Translations under genes and position numbers: made by a program
Notes under the pieces: model-generated
Database searches by the model: none
Seen by the model: the letters and a program-made list of their open reading frames with translations, nothing else
Told to the model about the DNA's origin: nothing
Assembly: GCF_001949145.1 (NCBI RefSeq)
Contig: NW_019091355.1
Location: forward strand, 4,041,374-4,105,373
Reading direction: 5' to 3'
From: Acanthaster planci
Taxonomy: Eukaryota
Length of the DNA stretch: 64,000 nt
In this document: in pieces, positions 35,301 through 48,100 of the stretch
How positions within the stretch are numbered: the stretch's first letter is position 1
How the letters are laid out: each line of letters starts with the position of its first letter

Positions 35301-38300
35301 TCCTCTTAGGCTGGGCCTCCTGTTGCTCCTTGATCTCCTTGGGCAGGCCCAGGCCGGCCTTCTCAGTCAGCTGACGGAGCTCCTCACGCCACAGGTCTGT
35401 CAGTGGGACTGTAGCAAGGGAGAGGGAACAACAGAAGCAGTTTTGAGGCAAACCCACAGCTTTAATTATAAGGATCGAAGATTGTCAAATCTAGGGGCTT
35501 TCTCACAGCTCAACTTTGTCTCTGGGTTCAGATCTTGTTTCATGAATTGAGTCTCCTGAGTTTAGACTCTGGTTCAAGACAGAAATGTCCACTCTCTAAC
35601 ATCGGACCAAAGTTTGAAGTATCAATACACCCAAATTCGGTTCCAGCGGAAAATGTTCAGAGCTGTGGAGCCAATGATGAAGCCAAATGGATATAATGTT
35701 GAGATGGCTTGTATGTATTTGCTGGAAAATATTTTGCTTTCAAAAAACACGATGCAGGGAATGGGAGAACCCATTTCCTTTGGGGGGAGGTACAAGGTAT
35801 CCACTGAGGTAGTACACCTGGTAGGGGTTTTCATTGGCAAACCTTCAATGAAGTCTGGCCACAATATTCTAGAAAATATAATCCATGATGTAGTAGGCAG
35901 AATCTCAAGAGTTTTTTTTTTTTCAGGTTTAATTGAAAGTTATCAGAAAGGGGCGAAGTTCCCCCTCCAAAACTTTTTAAGATGGTGATTCCCTCCTAAG
36001 CTATGAAGCAATGTGAAATGTAAACGCTAATTACATGTTTTCCATTACAGATTTGAAATGGTGAATAAATGATACTTGAAGTATTTTGAAAAAAAAACAC
36101 CCAAGCACTATACCACACAAAAGTGTACTGAAAGCAACACGGTGATTCAGGGTACTAGTCCTTGGTAATATACATGTACATTACTTGTTAAATTGGCTTT
36201 GAACTGCTTTAGCAACACATCCATTCTCTAAAAAACAAAGCATGTTGCTATGGCACTGATGATTGGTTACTGTATTTACATGATGGAGGTTCAAAGGTAT
36301 GTCTTCACAAAAACACTGCAAAACAACAAAAAATGTGTACGTTTACTGAATGCAGAGTATGGAATGGTTTTGAATTATACACACTGATGTATGTTGGAAG
36401 AGTGGGGTTAGAATGGTCATCACGAGATGGAAAACAAAGATGTATCCTTGGCCAAAAAGGAGGTCACACACCACGTCAGAAAACGTAAGGAACCAATCAA
36501 GTCTCTGCTTCAAAATTCCAGTCGCAAAAAATCAGCAACACAGCAAACGGGCACTGTTGACAAGAGGCCAACGGGAAAAAAACAAACAAAAAACGAAACC
36601 ACTCACTGAGCCCCAGCTTAGGATCAGCCTTTTCCTTGAAGCCCTGTGGGTAGGTGCTGAGTCCCGTCAGAGTGTTGATGGGGTAGCGGTGAGAGTTGAG
36701 TGTGGGGTTTTGGTTGTAGATGCGGTACTTGTGGGGGTTGATGTCGGGGATGCGAAAGGCGTACATGCGGCGGGCCTCCCCCGTGGCGGGGCGCCTGAGG
36801 AGGTCCCGGCTCTGCTTGCTGACCACAGAGGGGCCATCGTGAACGGCGCAGATGGGGATATCATTGAGACCTGACATATGACAAAAAAAAACAGGCGCTG
36901 GAGGACTGCCCTAATGCATGCTCCTCGTGGATTCCTCACCGATTATCCATGGAAAGCTTCGTCAAGACAACCCTTGTCTTCCAAATGAAGAAGGCCCACG
37001 CACTCTTTGAAGACCAGACTCACGGATAGATAGGATAGGCAACTGTCCGAGCGCAAGTTAAAGATGGCTGTGAGTGTAAACATACTCGCCGGAAGACTCA
37101 GATCGAAGGATGGACACACACAGTACAGGGTCATGAGTACATGAGTGCAGAGACATGCTTGGAAGCTGAGAGTCAGAAGACCTGCCCTGAAGACCGATTC
37201 TCTGATAGTTGATGAGTTATCAGCGGATGCATTGGAGAAGTGAATGGCACTCTACTGAGCTGAGAATCTCCTATGCTTGCTGGACATTGGGTCTCAAAAT
37301 GAGTAGCCTTGTGTGGGACCATGTTACGCCCTCTCAGGGGCATGTCAGTAGTAATTTTAGCAGGTAGTAGTACGGGCAGAGCTGTCAAGATGGAGAGGGT
37401 TGGATTTCAAAAGGGACTCTGAGATTCGGGGAGGAGGGTGGGTATGACTGATTATTAAAAAAGCATCAATATGAGAAGATGTCACGGAGAAGTGATGCGG
37501 CAGACTTTCCTAAAGCAGCGTTGCAACCTTGTCCCCATCAATGGCAGATTTAGCAAAGGAAATATATAGCTCATATTTAATGCTGCACAAGCACCCAACG
37601 TGTGGCATAAGTATTGCACCAAGTCCACAGGAGGAAATGTGAAATTATAGAACCAGTGTAGCTTCTTGTACAGGCATGTTGAAACTACTTTCACGGTATC
37701 TGATTGGTACCTCCAGCTAAACTGCAGGGCATTAGTATCACTCCCTATTAAGATGAATTAGTTGCATGTTTGGTTAGTTTCACTTCTACACATCCAATGT
37801 GTTATGCATGCTCATAGTCAGTCAGTACAAGCTACTAAGGACAAACTACCTCAAGAGGCAAAAAGAGAGTCATGCCGTTATTAACTTACTCATGCCAAAT
37901 TTGGGGTCGGCCCGCTCCCGCACGGAGAGCGGGAAACGGCGGTACTGCTTTTGGGCGTCGATCTGATTGATCCGGTGGGTTTGTAAAGGGGGGTTGATGT
38001 GGTTGGGGTGGTAGTTTATGGCCTGGACCGGCAGTTTAGCGGGGAGGGACATGCGGGTCTGGTCTAGGGTGCCCGTGGCAGGCCTCCTCACGCGAAGACG
38101 AGGGTTGACGACGAAGCCTTCATCGTGGACAGAACAGATCGGAATATCAAGCAAACCTGCATAGGTCAACAACAAAACCAAAGTGAGTTTCACAGCAGAG
38201 AAAATGTTCTTTCTCGGCATCAAAATCCAAAGCTTTGAGCAACCGTGATTGAGCCGTTACAAGCTACATGTAATAACATACCGATTAGTCGCACGTTATG

Positions 38301-39627
38301 CCCCCCAAAAAGAAAAAAAGAAAAGGGAACCATTCAAAAGACATTTCTGAGTTGTTCATTATTGTTGTTTCAATACTCACGACCTGATGTGATTTGACCG
38401 TGTGACTGAAATTCAATTGACTAGATTAACAAAGCCACACTCAGTCCTGCAAGATTGTCCATGGCAGGTCTCAATTTATGTGTATCCAACTAATATCGAT
38501 AACACACCCTAATCTAAGATTATGATTGTAAATTTTACCACATTCACGGCAGGCTAGCTTGCCATAAAGCTAGCAATGGTCCTAGTAGTCAGAGCAATTA
38601 ATCCTCTCAAAATGTCCCCTCTGCCTCTTTATTAAAGCAGGTGAGTACAGCCAAAGTAATTTTAAAATGCAGCACATTTCTTTTCTTCATAAATAAAGTA
38701 AAAACTAGGCATGTTTGTTTAATCAGCAAACAATTCTTCAAGTATCGCTTGCAAAGAGCAACATTTCTCATTCAATATAGACTTCGTCAGACGGATCGCT
38801 GTATGCAGAGTAAACCGGTCAATTGATCAAACAGGTCTGGCACACTGTCATCACTGCCAGCCAGCCGGACTCTGTCGGGTCCATGAGCAGCTGGCAGTGT
38901 TTCCTGCCATTTGTATAATGTCCCCTTTTCATATCCAGTTTCGACTTTTTCAGTGTCAAGTCTGCGGCATTTTCAAAAACCAGGGCGACAGAAGATGTTG
39001 AACAACAGGCTGTGTTCAAGGAATTGGGGAATCGGAATTCATTAGCATATTTCATGATTTTCTGAGGGATATCTTCTCAACATTTACATTTGTTAATGGA
39101 GACTTGAAATTAGTTCATTTTTCCAGAGTATTTAGTGATTTCATATCTTGATGCTTTGCTCTGAGCCATGCATAGTGTACATCTATTGACTCCACAATAA
39201 ACAATCTCCAGCATAACACACTGTTAGTAGTCCTTTACGTATTGGCAGAAAAAGCAAAGATAGCTGTTGATATTGTGATCTGAGTTTCAAGTCTTCATTT
39301 TTTGAAGTTGGGTTTGATTCCAACTTTAGCCACAGTTAATCCTTCCTATTGGCAGTCAGGCAAGAAAAGTTTGGTTTTCCTTTTTCTTTGTAGTACGACC
39401 TTACCTTTGATGTGTCTAACTCTGCCGGGATGAGGGTTGTGCCTGGCGAAGAAAGCACTCTGACTGAGATTACCGAACCGAGCACTGGCCATGGTGGCTG
39501 GCCGGTTACCAGCAAAATCCTTGCGAGTGACTGGTAGGTGGTGGCCCTTGGGGCTGTTCTCTGGCACCACGCCAAGCGTGCTGCGGACCACCAGCGGGTC
39601 ACCGTTGGACGGGGTGAAGATGGGCAT
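32141..39627 (-). CDS. TBATA: TBATA/SPATIAL-family protein; whole spliced gene (442-443 aa with one duplicated exon, 531 aa with both)
   Basis: complement(join(39405-39627,[37890-38156],[36607-36870],35164-35408,34183-34264,32731-33042,32141-32343)), phases consistent. Motifs: RFGNLSQSAFFARHNPHPGRVRHIKGL.DIPIC.V.D, WREELRQL, YSADTGRLIPP, MLCQILQTDSINAVQAWL.SA..REKDLVL. In-frame TGA just upstream of the ATG. Confidence 0.85.
32400..32464 (-). mobile_element. tRNA-derived SINE head / tRNA-like fragment
   Basis: Minus strand TAGCTCAGTTGG (A box) ... GGTTCAAATCC (B box); no convincing acceptor or anticodon stems. Confidence 0.5.
32731..33042 (-). CDS. TBATA: TBATA-like exon 5 (EKDLVLDMIRSAI...LFTGE)
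   Basis: Acceptor ATACAG|, donor GAAG|GTAGCT. Confidence 0.8.
33170..33585. mobile_element. Non-autonomous piggyBac-like element (416 bp)
   Basis: TTAA|ccccttcacgacgga ... tccgtcgtcaagggg|TTAA. Confidence 0.8.
34183..34264 (-). CDS. TBATA: TBATA-like exon 4 (VMEMLCQILQTDSINAVQAWLCSAGQR)
   Basis: Acceptor TTCAAG|, donor G|GTAAAA. Confidence 0.88.
35164..35408 (-). CDS. TBATA: TBATA-like exon 3 (IPLTDLWREELRQL...YSADTGRLIPPPSR...DQEAL)
   Basis: Acceptor CTACAG|, donor |GTAAGC. Confidence 0.88.
36607..36870 (-). CDS. TBATA: TBATA-like duplicated exon 2B (GLNDIPICAVHD...KEKADPKLGL), 264 nt, phase 1-1
   Basis: Acceptor (T)9-GTCATATGTCAG|, donor A|GTGAGT; open frame. Confidence 0.85.
37890..38156 (-). 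CDS. TBATA: TBATA-like duplicated exon 2A (GLLDIPICSVHD...RERADPKFGM), 267 nt, phase 1-1
   Basis: Acceptor TATGCAG|, donor A|GTAAGT; open frame. Confidence 0.85.
39405..39627 (-). CDS. TBATA: TBATA-like coding exon 1 (MPIFTP...FFARHNPHPGRVRHIK)
   Basis: ATG at 39627; donor AAG|GTAAGG; acceptor at 39644-39645. Confidence 0.87.
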
Positions 39628-39823
39628 GGCTCAATTTGGGATTCTGAAAGTGCCAAAAAGTACGACGGATAAGTAAATACATCAATCAATGACAGAAAGT
39701 CAAGTTCACAAGGAGACAGGGTTCAGACTTATGTCTGTCAGTGGAATGATACCTTTCTGGAATACAGAGAAAGTGCACTGACCACCTCAATGTTCTGACC
39801 AATGCCTGAGTTGTCAAGTTTGC

Positions 39824-40010
39824 TGTTTCCCATGGAAAATAAACTGAGAATAAAAAAAATTGTTGCAGATGAACAAACAAAAATTCATTGGAGCGGGATT
39901 TAAACCTCCAATCTCAAGAACAGTGGACTGGCACCCTACCAATTAAACCACCAAGCCCCTGTTGGCAGTTCTTCCAATATCTTTGGTGAGGGGTGGGGGT
40001 GCTACCCCAA
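39824..40010 (-). mobile_element. Degenerate tRNA-related interspersed repeat
   Basis: Plus strand gagcgggatttaaacctcc...accctaccaattaaacc is the reverse complement of decayed B and A boxes, similar to 32400-32464. Confidence 0.4.
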
Positions 40011-40756
40011 TACCCTACGCTTTTTGTATACTACAGNTGAGTCCCCATGCTGATGTTGTGTGCTTGATATATTTTTTAAACCCTAACTCTCATCTGGAGT
40101 CCTATCCCATGAAACCATTTGTCTTTACATACTGCTCAAGAACCTAAGACGGGTGTCACATTTCAGGTTTTTTCTCCAACAAAGCAGTTCTGAGACCAGC
40201 AATAAAACACGAGGAAAATACATGCCCCGGTTAATGTGACGATCGAAACACAACAGCAACGCAATAAAATTCACCTTGACCCGTGAACTGTTTGCTCACG
40301 TCTTGATTTTTAGACCTCGGCAATAAAGTGAGATGCACGTCACCAAACCAACGACCATAGTCAAGTGTTTGATCAGGGCTCTTTTGTTTGTGTTCTTCAC
40401 ATAACGACCCTGCTGCCCCATAACTACAGTAGAGTGTTCTGGTATAGCAATGACATCGTTGCCATTCATTCCTCTTCCCCCCCCCCCGTAATTGGCACCA
40501 TAATATTTTTTTAAAAAGGGCACCTCAAGATATTCCACAGAAGATTTCTGTTATCACAACCAAGTTAAGCTATAGACAGACACTCTACCAGCAATGTATT
40601 ATTCTGATATTGGAACTGGTTGATAATGTATAGTGAACTGTCACTTCTTTTTTCCAGAATGTTCAAACTATAAAACTAGCAGACACAATCAATGCAGACA
40701 GATAATTGCAAAATGGCACTGTAACGGCAACTGAATTGGTTAATTTCCACTTCTTA

Positions 40757-40939
40757 ATGGCAGGTTCATACTTTACACAAAAGTAAAACTGTACGCGAAC
40801 TTGTGACATCAGATCAAATATTCGCATTATGAACTCGCAAAAGTGGAACACATTTCAACCTGAGTGAAGTTTCGCTTCAAATTTTTTGTCACGTCAAATT
40901 CACTTCGCTTTTGTATTCGCCTGAAGTGTGAACCGGCCT
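40757..40939. mobile_element. MITE (Harbinger-like, T/A-rich TSD), copy 1
   Basis: TIR ggcaggttcatactt / aagtgtgaaccggcc; internal gtgacatca / gtcacgtca symmetry; homologous to 49390-49555 in inverted orientation. Confidence 0.7.
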
Positions 40940-43900
40940 TAAGTCATATGTTTGAATGTCACGCACATTTCCATGCTCATCTCTGACTCCATATGCCATA
41001 ATATAAGCACCCAGCGTTTACAACGCCTCCACAAGGGTTGTGCTTGGTACAAGCTAAGTCTTCCATGAAGGCTTCCTTCACCTCATTAATCAAATTTAGC
41101 TTCCACTCTCATGCATTGGACACCTGCACAGTGATTTATCAACAGCGTATACCTACTACATGTACTTCCCTGTGATATCAGCCTTGTTGCATTAAAGCAG
41201 GTTCACCTACAGTGAGGATAAGTATTTTCTATCTTTTATTTCAAAAATAACAACACATGTTCAAACAGCACTACTGATGATGCGACCAGGTTTCTATGTA
41301 CAAGTCTCAAATGTTCACTCAAATTTTTCACAATACATTTGCTTGTTTTTCCCTGGTTATCTGCATGTAAATAACATTCAGGTCTTCATGAGGCAGAATT
41401 GAAGCTCATTTGCAAGTGCTCAAGTGTAATTTTCATATGGCAAATTTTCAGGGTAAATCTGTAAATCATGTAATTTGAAGCAATATTATTCCTTTAAAAG
41501 TGGTTTTCCAAATTATTTTGTCTTCGTTTCCTCTGCTCTATTTGGCAATTTTCATATTTGATAAAGGGACAAATTTTGGAAAGATGTAGGGATTGAAATT
41601 TGTACAGGTTTTTGCATTCTTTTTATAATCTCACTTCAGTTTCAATGAATTCTTGATTTCAATGCATCTGTGACCTATCTTATTTTACTAAAAAAAAATC
41701 AACCAAAACAGGAGAGGTGAAATTTAACTTGAGTGAATCAACACTGTATTATTTTACATCTTATACACCCGTCACATCCCGAGCTCCAATTTTGTACAAA
41801 TATAATTCTTATTTCATTGCATAAATGAGAACAAGGAACGGTGGTAGCATCCACAATTAGGTTCTTATATATTGTTATGTTATGATTAAAGCCTCCCCCC
41901 TCAAAAAAAGAAAGTATTTCACTCTTAGGAACACCTCACCAAACCCCCTAGTGCACTGTTAAGGCAAATCCCAAAAGCTTACAATTTCAAAAACAATATT
42001 TGGCCACTGGTCACCAAGGCTCTGGCCATATTCTATTTGCAAAGGCATTAACACTGGTATACGATACAATAGAAAAGAATACAAGAAACTGCCTGCCTTG
42101 TCTCCAACAACAAACATCTAGTAGTCTACAGTCAATACCAAACTACCGGATAGTAAATATGGGAACTTTGCTGCAGGTAAACCTCCAAGATAAAGTTTAG
42201 TGTGATTGTCAGCCCACACTTTGCTTTGTAAAGCATACATCCTATACTGGCAGCACATTGGGACCCAGTTAATTCTGTTACCAAGATGGAATTTAGACTT
42301 CAGGGCTCACTCCCATTTAAAAATAGATAAATGAGAAATTCTCCCTGATTGGCCAAAGACACTGCACTCATCATTACAAATCACCTCCAATACCTCACAA
42401 GGTTGACTCGAACAAGCACAACTTTTCAGTTTCCTCTGGTAGTTAAAGACAATTGACAGTGAAAAAGCACAAAGTTTTGAGGTCACAGAACCAAATAATT
42501 TTGCCTATGCGTTGTTGGAATTACTCCCTTGTCGCACCTGTGGTATGAATCAACTTTCCAAAAGTATTGCTTCGGGAGACGTGGTATCAAATCTAAGATT
42601 ATTTTAATTTCCCTACCAATTCTTGCTGTGCGAGCTTTGTTTACAGATTTTCAACTCAAAATGTCAAATGCATTTCTGGGACTGAGAAGTCCCATTCAAC
42701 TGTGTGCTCTGGCCCCAAACACAACTTTGGACCTTCAATGTAAATTCTATGCGGGAGACATCGCTGGACAGTTTATACAAATAGGCACAGGAAGACATCT
42801 CTTGTAAAGCAGCTGTTTATGAAGTGTGACAAGTGACAACCATGTGCCTGCTTTGGTGATAAATGTGAGAACAAATGACCGAAAGAGCAAAGGTTTGCTG
42901 GTGGAAATGTGTCGAGTTTTAAAATGGATATTTGACTTCCAAAACTGGCAGGTCCAGAGCTGGTAATAAATGCGAGTCCCATCTTCCAAAGACCCAAAAA
43001 TTGCGATGAAATATTTAGAGTGTTTTTTTCCGAGTCTTGAATGAGCATTTTTTTTCTTTTCAAAGGGTAACTTCAAACCCACGAGGATTTGGGTTTGTCT
43101 AGCATTTAGTTTTCAGCACACGGGAACATGAAGATGTCCATCGAAGGACAATTTGTTCCAACTTCTCCAGGCACAAATCCACAGTTCAGGTTGTCATAAC
43201 GGTCTCACCTGGTTCAGTTTTGTGTACAGTCTTAGCTCCCTGGATGTGTAAATTTTTTCCAAGGAGGTTCAAGGCAATAATCATATATGAGCATGGTTAA
43301 CTCCAAGCTCGATAAATTTAGTGGACACTTAAAAACTCAACTTTGAAGGTAAATTTCGGGCTTTGCTTTCCTATTATAAAAACATCCTCTTTACAACTAA
43401 TCCCCCCCCAAAAAAGAACTGCATACATCTACAAGTAGACTGGAAACCTTGCCTTGCTGCTTAAAAGTCCAACACTCTTCTGAGCTACTATGCAACTGGC
43501 TGAGAGACCAATTTTGTTGTATCTTATGCTTAAGAGTCTGTCTACCCCGTTTATGATAATTGCCGCCCAACCTTCCTACGAAAAATGCATGGGCGAGGAT
43601 TCAGATACGCCAATTTTATTATAAACACCTCTAACCCTCCTTGGGAAAAATTTACACTTCCCGAACAGGCAAAAATACTGACGAAACCTTCCATATATAC
43701 ATGTAGATTTCTAAAGCTGCATGCTATTTATCCTGCAATAATATATTCATCTAAACACATACAACATCGGCCCCTGAGAGAAGAAAATTTGTAAATTTGT
43801 GACACAAACCTTAACGCTGTCACATTTACTAATGAAAGTACTAGCAATGGCACACAAATTAATACATTTGAGACAAGTTGAAACCAAAGTTGGATTCTGT

Positions 43901-44025
43901 CTAATTAGGGGAAAGATCAATCAATTCCAATCTGATCTAAAAATGACAATCAATTTCAATGCGATTCAATCAAATCTAAGGTTGGATTCAGACCAGAAGT
44001 GCATTTTTGAAAATCAGAACACACA

Positions 44026-44084
44026 TTAACCCAAACAGTCCTCAATCCTCCAACAGGTGAAGGATTGAGGACTGTTAGGGTTAA
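44026..44084. mobile_element. 51-bp hairpin micro-MITE plus TTAA TSDs, copy 4 (opposite orientation)
   Basis: TTAA|cccaaacagtcctcaatcctcca-acagg-tgaaggattgaggactgttaggg|TTAA. Confidence 0.8.
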
Positions 44085-44948
44085 TGATTCTAAGTGATAA
44101 TTTACACTTATATGGGAAGAGGGAAAGAAGAAATTCGTTCTGTTTGATTAAAGGAAAAACAAAACAAGTTCTTGATAACTGTACAAGGCCCCTAATCGGA
44201 GATTCATGATGGAAAGAGTTCATACACAGACAGCACTTGACACCTTGTGCACAAACCCAATGAGATTGATCTAAAAATTGTAAGTGGCATGTTTTCTATA
44301 AGAGTGCATCCATACATGTATTTTCACTGCGATTTGGTGAAATTATGGCTTGTAAACCACTGAAAGGAAAATGAGTGATGTCCACATATGGAACTCTCAC
44401 CACTCAGGGCTAGTAACATTTAATAAGATAGGGGGATTCTGAATTTCTAGGAAAGAAATTGAAACCCTAACCCAGGGCATTCTAACTGTATACATATCAT
44501 CGTTATTTGTTTATCTTGGCACCTTCACGGTTGCCCCGTTCCAGTAATCCATCCCACGTCTATAAATCTAATTATCCTTTTATCGTCGATCAAATAACGA
44601 GCTCGTGTTTTTAATCGGTTTGTAACAGCATCAAAGTCCGCTATGTCAACTTGAAAATTAAGCCTTGATTGGAAATTCGTTTGTTGCTAGCCACAGCAGT
44701 TTGGATAACATTAAAACTCTCTCCTACATACCGTACCAAGTACCTGTAAGTACCGGTGCACGTCCCATCCTGAAGCAATAGAAACGCAGTCAACCTGTTA
44801 CTACCGCAATGGTGCCGTCGGTAAATCTACGCGTGATTGAGCAAGTCCCAACTTGGATTTGCCTCGCCTTCTTTCTAAATATCAAGTCAAAATCTCCCCA
44901 GAATTAACTTCAAACATTTACAGGTACAAGTGGTTTGAAATCATTTAC

Positions 44949-45045
44949 CTTTTGAGTCTGTAAAAATCGGGCTTCGAGGGTCTGGCAGCTTTCGAAAAAG
45001 AATTCCGAGAGAGAAAATCGCAGCACCGTCCGCGGTCGTCGTCTA
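44949..45045 (-). other. TBATA: Putative non-coding first exon of TBATA-like gene (TSS approximate)
   Basis: Donor AAG|GTAAAT on the minus strand at 44949/44948; CpG-rich patch at ~44960-45260. Confidence 0.4.
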
Positions 45046-45064
45046 GTTTTGTGTTGAGGGTGAT

Positions 45065-45139
45065 GTCAGTTCTGGTAACGAGCGCCGAATGCGCACAAGC
45101 TCGTGGTTGTGCGGTGATTGTGACCCGTTGCTAAGGGAC
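45065..45139 (-). promoter_or_regulatory. RFX X-box-like motifs in putative TBATA promoter
   Basis: GTCCCTTAGCAAC on minus strand (45127-45139) and GTTCTGGTAAC (45069-45079) within a CpG-rich patch. Confidence 0.45.
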
Positions 45140-48100
45140 GCTGCTCCCCCATGGCTCGCCCCAAACAGGGTCGCAACGAATCGATTCGTCCCTCCAAAGG
45201 CAACAAAACGCCAACTGACGGGACAAAAGAGGGTGAAAGATCGTCCCATTGTGGGCACGGGTGAAGGGTTTACGATTTCTCTCTTCGGATTAGCTGGTGT
45301 TCCTAGTTTAACATGTTTGCTGTCATGTATTTATTTGTCAGGATTGAATAATGACAATAATCATTATTTCGGATTTAGAACGTAGAAAAGGGAAGAGGCC
45401 ATACGAATTTAAGTTAACCCCGGGAACTGTATCGTGAAAGTTGAAGTGAAACGATGTTTACTCTGTCATTTTTTTTGGATCAGCTTCTTGACAATCAGTT
45501 TAGCCATTAAATGTGTCAATAAGCGTTCCTAATGGTCTTTCCGTGTCCACGTGTCTTTGGAATACTCTTACAAGAAGTATTCATGAAGTGAAGCCCAATC
45601 CTTGAAAACTAGAATTCGCGAAAAAGACATTAAATCTGCCCAAACTACTACAAATATCGCCATTTTTTCATTCATTAAAAGTTATTGGCTGTATAATAGG
45701 TGCACATCATTCAAATTACCGGCTTCGATTATTTAGGTTTGGGGAAATAAGACAAAGTCTTCGTAATTATGCCAGAAATAATGAAGGTCGGGGGATACTG
45801 AACTTACGCCAATGCCTCTGCTGGCGTAATGTCAAAATTAAGAGGCGCCGCGTTATTTTTCCCATAAATACAGTCAAGTCACAAACAGATATATAAATGT
45901 ACTAAGAGAGACCAAAAAATTGTCTTTCACTCAAGAATGCTATTTGATTTATTGGGTATGCTATAGAATAACTGTACTGTATTTACGTAGTCAAAAAATA
46001 ACATAGGTTTTATAAAAACACAGCTGGCATTCTTGAATCCAATTTTAAGTGTTTGATACACACGATAAAAGATGTTTAGATAAAAAGCTACAATTAATTA
46101 CACATAAATAGTCGCTAATGGTTATAGCGCCATGTGAGGTCGTAATTAACATTCAGTATACATGTATTACGAAGTTGTTTAATGACTTCCTCTTCCGACA
46201 CATTGTTTGCCATGAATCGACAGCATTAAGGTTCACTATCACGATTTAACGTTCATGATTTGATCTTAGGAATTCGAAATTAATTCACGATAACTTAATG
46301 TTTTCTTGATCCTTGCACAGACCACAATCGACAACTCACATTCGAGAGGGGCGCCTCGAGCCACGGCTACATGTGTCTGCATACTGTAACGTCCGTGGTC
46401 GGACGCAACGTAATACAATTGTCATTATGATTGCAAAACGGGGTAGCATGAGGGCGCTATACCAGCTGTTCAGTGGGGAAGCTGCATATAATAATCTTTC
46501 CACGACAGCCTTGCCAATTTTATTGAATAGTTATAAATTATTACGAACTTTAAAGATCGAAATAGTATTCGATCACGCCTCTGTGACTGGTCACCATGAT
46601 AAAAAAAAGTTGATTTACAACCTGATGAACCTGGTTTTGGTATAGATACTAGTACTGGAAATGAAAGATTTGGAGTTCTCCAACTCCGGTTTTCAGTGTC
46701 TTCTTCATAGCAAGTTGAGCCTTGTGAAAGGTACATGAATAACTTAATGGCCCACCCTTTCATGTATGGCTAAATCAAGATATGAAAACAGGTCGTGCAG
46801 ACTCCTGTATCATTCTACCACAACTCCAAGATAGATTGAAAGTCTTTTGGGGGGGGGTGGCTGTCAATATTTCCAAATCTTTAAAAATGACAGCAGTTAA
46901 AACTTGCCTGCTCGGTTATCAATTCAAAAAACCCTCCTGAAACACATCTGCAAATAACTTAAAAACAATGTTACAACAAATTTGGCACATCTAAAAACCT
47001 TTAGTACCTGGTAAATATCAATACGAACAATATTGAAAAATCATGTTGTTTGTTAAAAGGGTTGCCATGGCATTACAAGAGGTTTACGTTTTCTTGAAGA
47101 CTGATTAGAAAATGGAGGGTTTTTTTGGACACTCATCTTTCTTTCCACAACATTTCCGTTTCCTGAGCATATTCCTCCTCTAATGCTTTGGAGACTTGGC
47201 ATTTACACGACAACAAAGAAGTGACAGCCCTGCCGAAACTATTCAGGGCAACAATAACGTGACAATTTCCCACCAGTTCTTTCATGCCCAGGCCTAGGTT
47301 ATCAATTAGGCCGTGGTAACTTTTAAAGAGAAAGTCAAAAACGATGTTTTGGCAAGTTTGGTCACAAAATGTCTTTCCTGTTTGCAGTGCAGAGTTCTCC
47401 ATCTCACCGAAGCTATCCCTGCCCTCATTCACAATTAAAAATATATTCAAGCTAAATTGTTGAAAAATTGCTGATAGCATGCATGACATAAAACCTCTCC
47501 ATCAAAAACTGCGGCAAATGTAACCCACAGCAGTCAAATCTGCCACAATATCACCGAAAAAAAAGATCAATGCTAAACAAGAATTATAAAGTTAGAGGCA
47601 CTGTCTGGATATTAAACAAAGAAAGAAAAAACATTGGCACAAATCTAAAGTACATAGTGATATAAACAAAATGAAAATAACAGTGAACAAAGCAAAAAAC
47701 CTACGCACAACTTTACAATGTTACCTCAAACTATATACAATTGTAATTACACAACTGACCGCCAAGCCTTTCCAAGTAATTCATTTCAACCAGCTAATAC
47801 CTCCCCCTGCTTACTTTTTTCCCTCAAATAACAATAAAATTGCCATCAATCCACATTTTGAAAAATGAAGCTGAATTCCTTGCATGATTTGACAAGTCAT
47901 AAATCCAAAAGTTTATTGTCAGGACAGGTGGGGGGTAGACTGGTTTTTGCACGAAACCCCAAATGATTAGATTAGCAGTCCTAAACACTGGTTGACAGGA
48001 CCTGTGCGCATTTGAGGATGAGATTTCCAGATTACCGCCTATCATCTGAGCACTGCTCAATGTTTTAACACAGTATTAAGGTTTGGGTACAACAAACAAA

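Noticed and set aside
36413..36874. 153-aa plus-strand ORF
   Set aside because: Antisense shadow of TBATA exon 2B.
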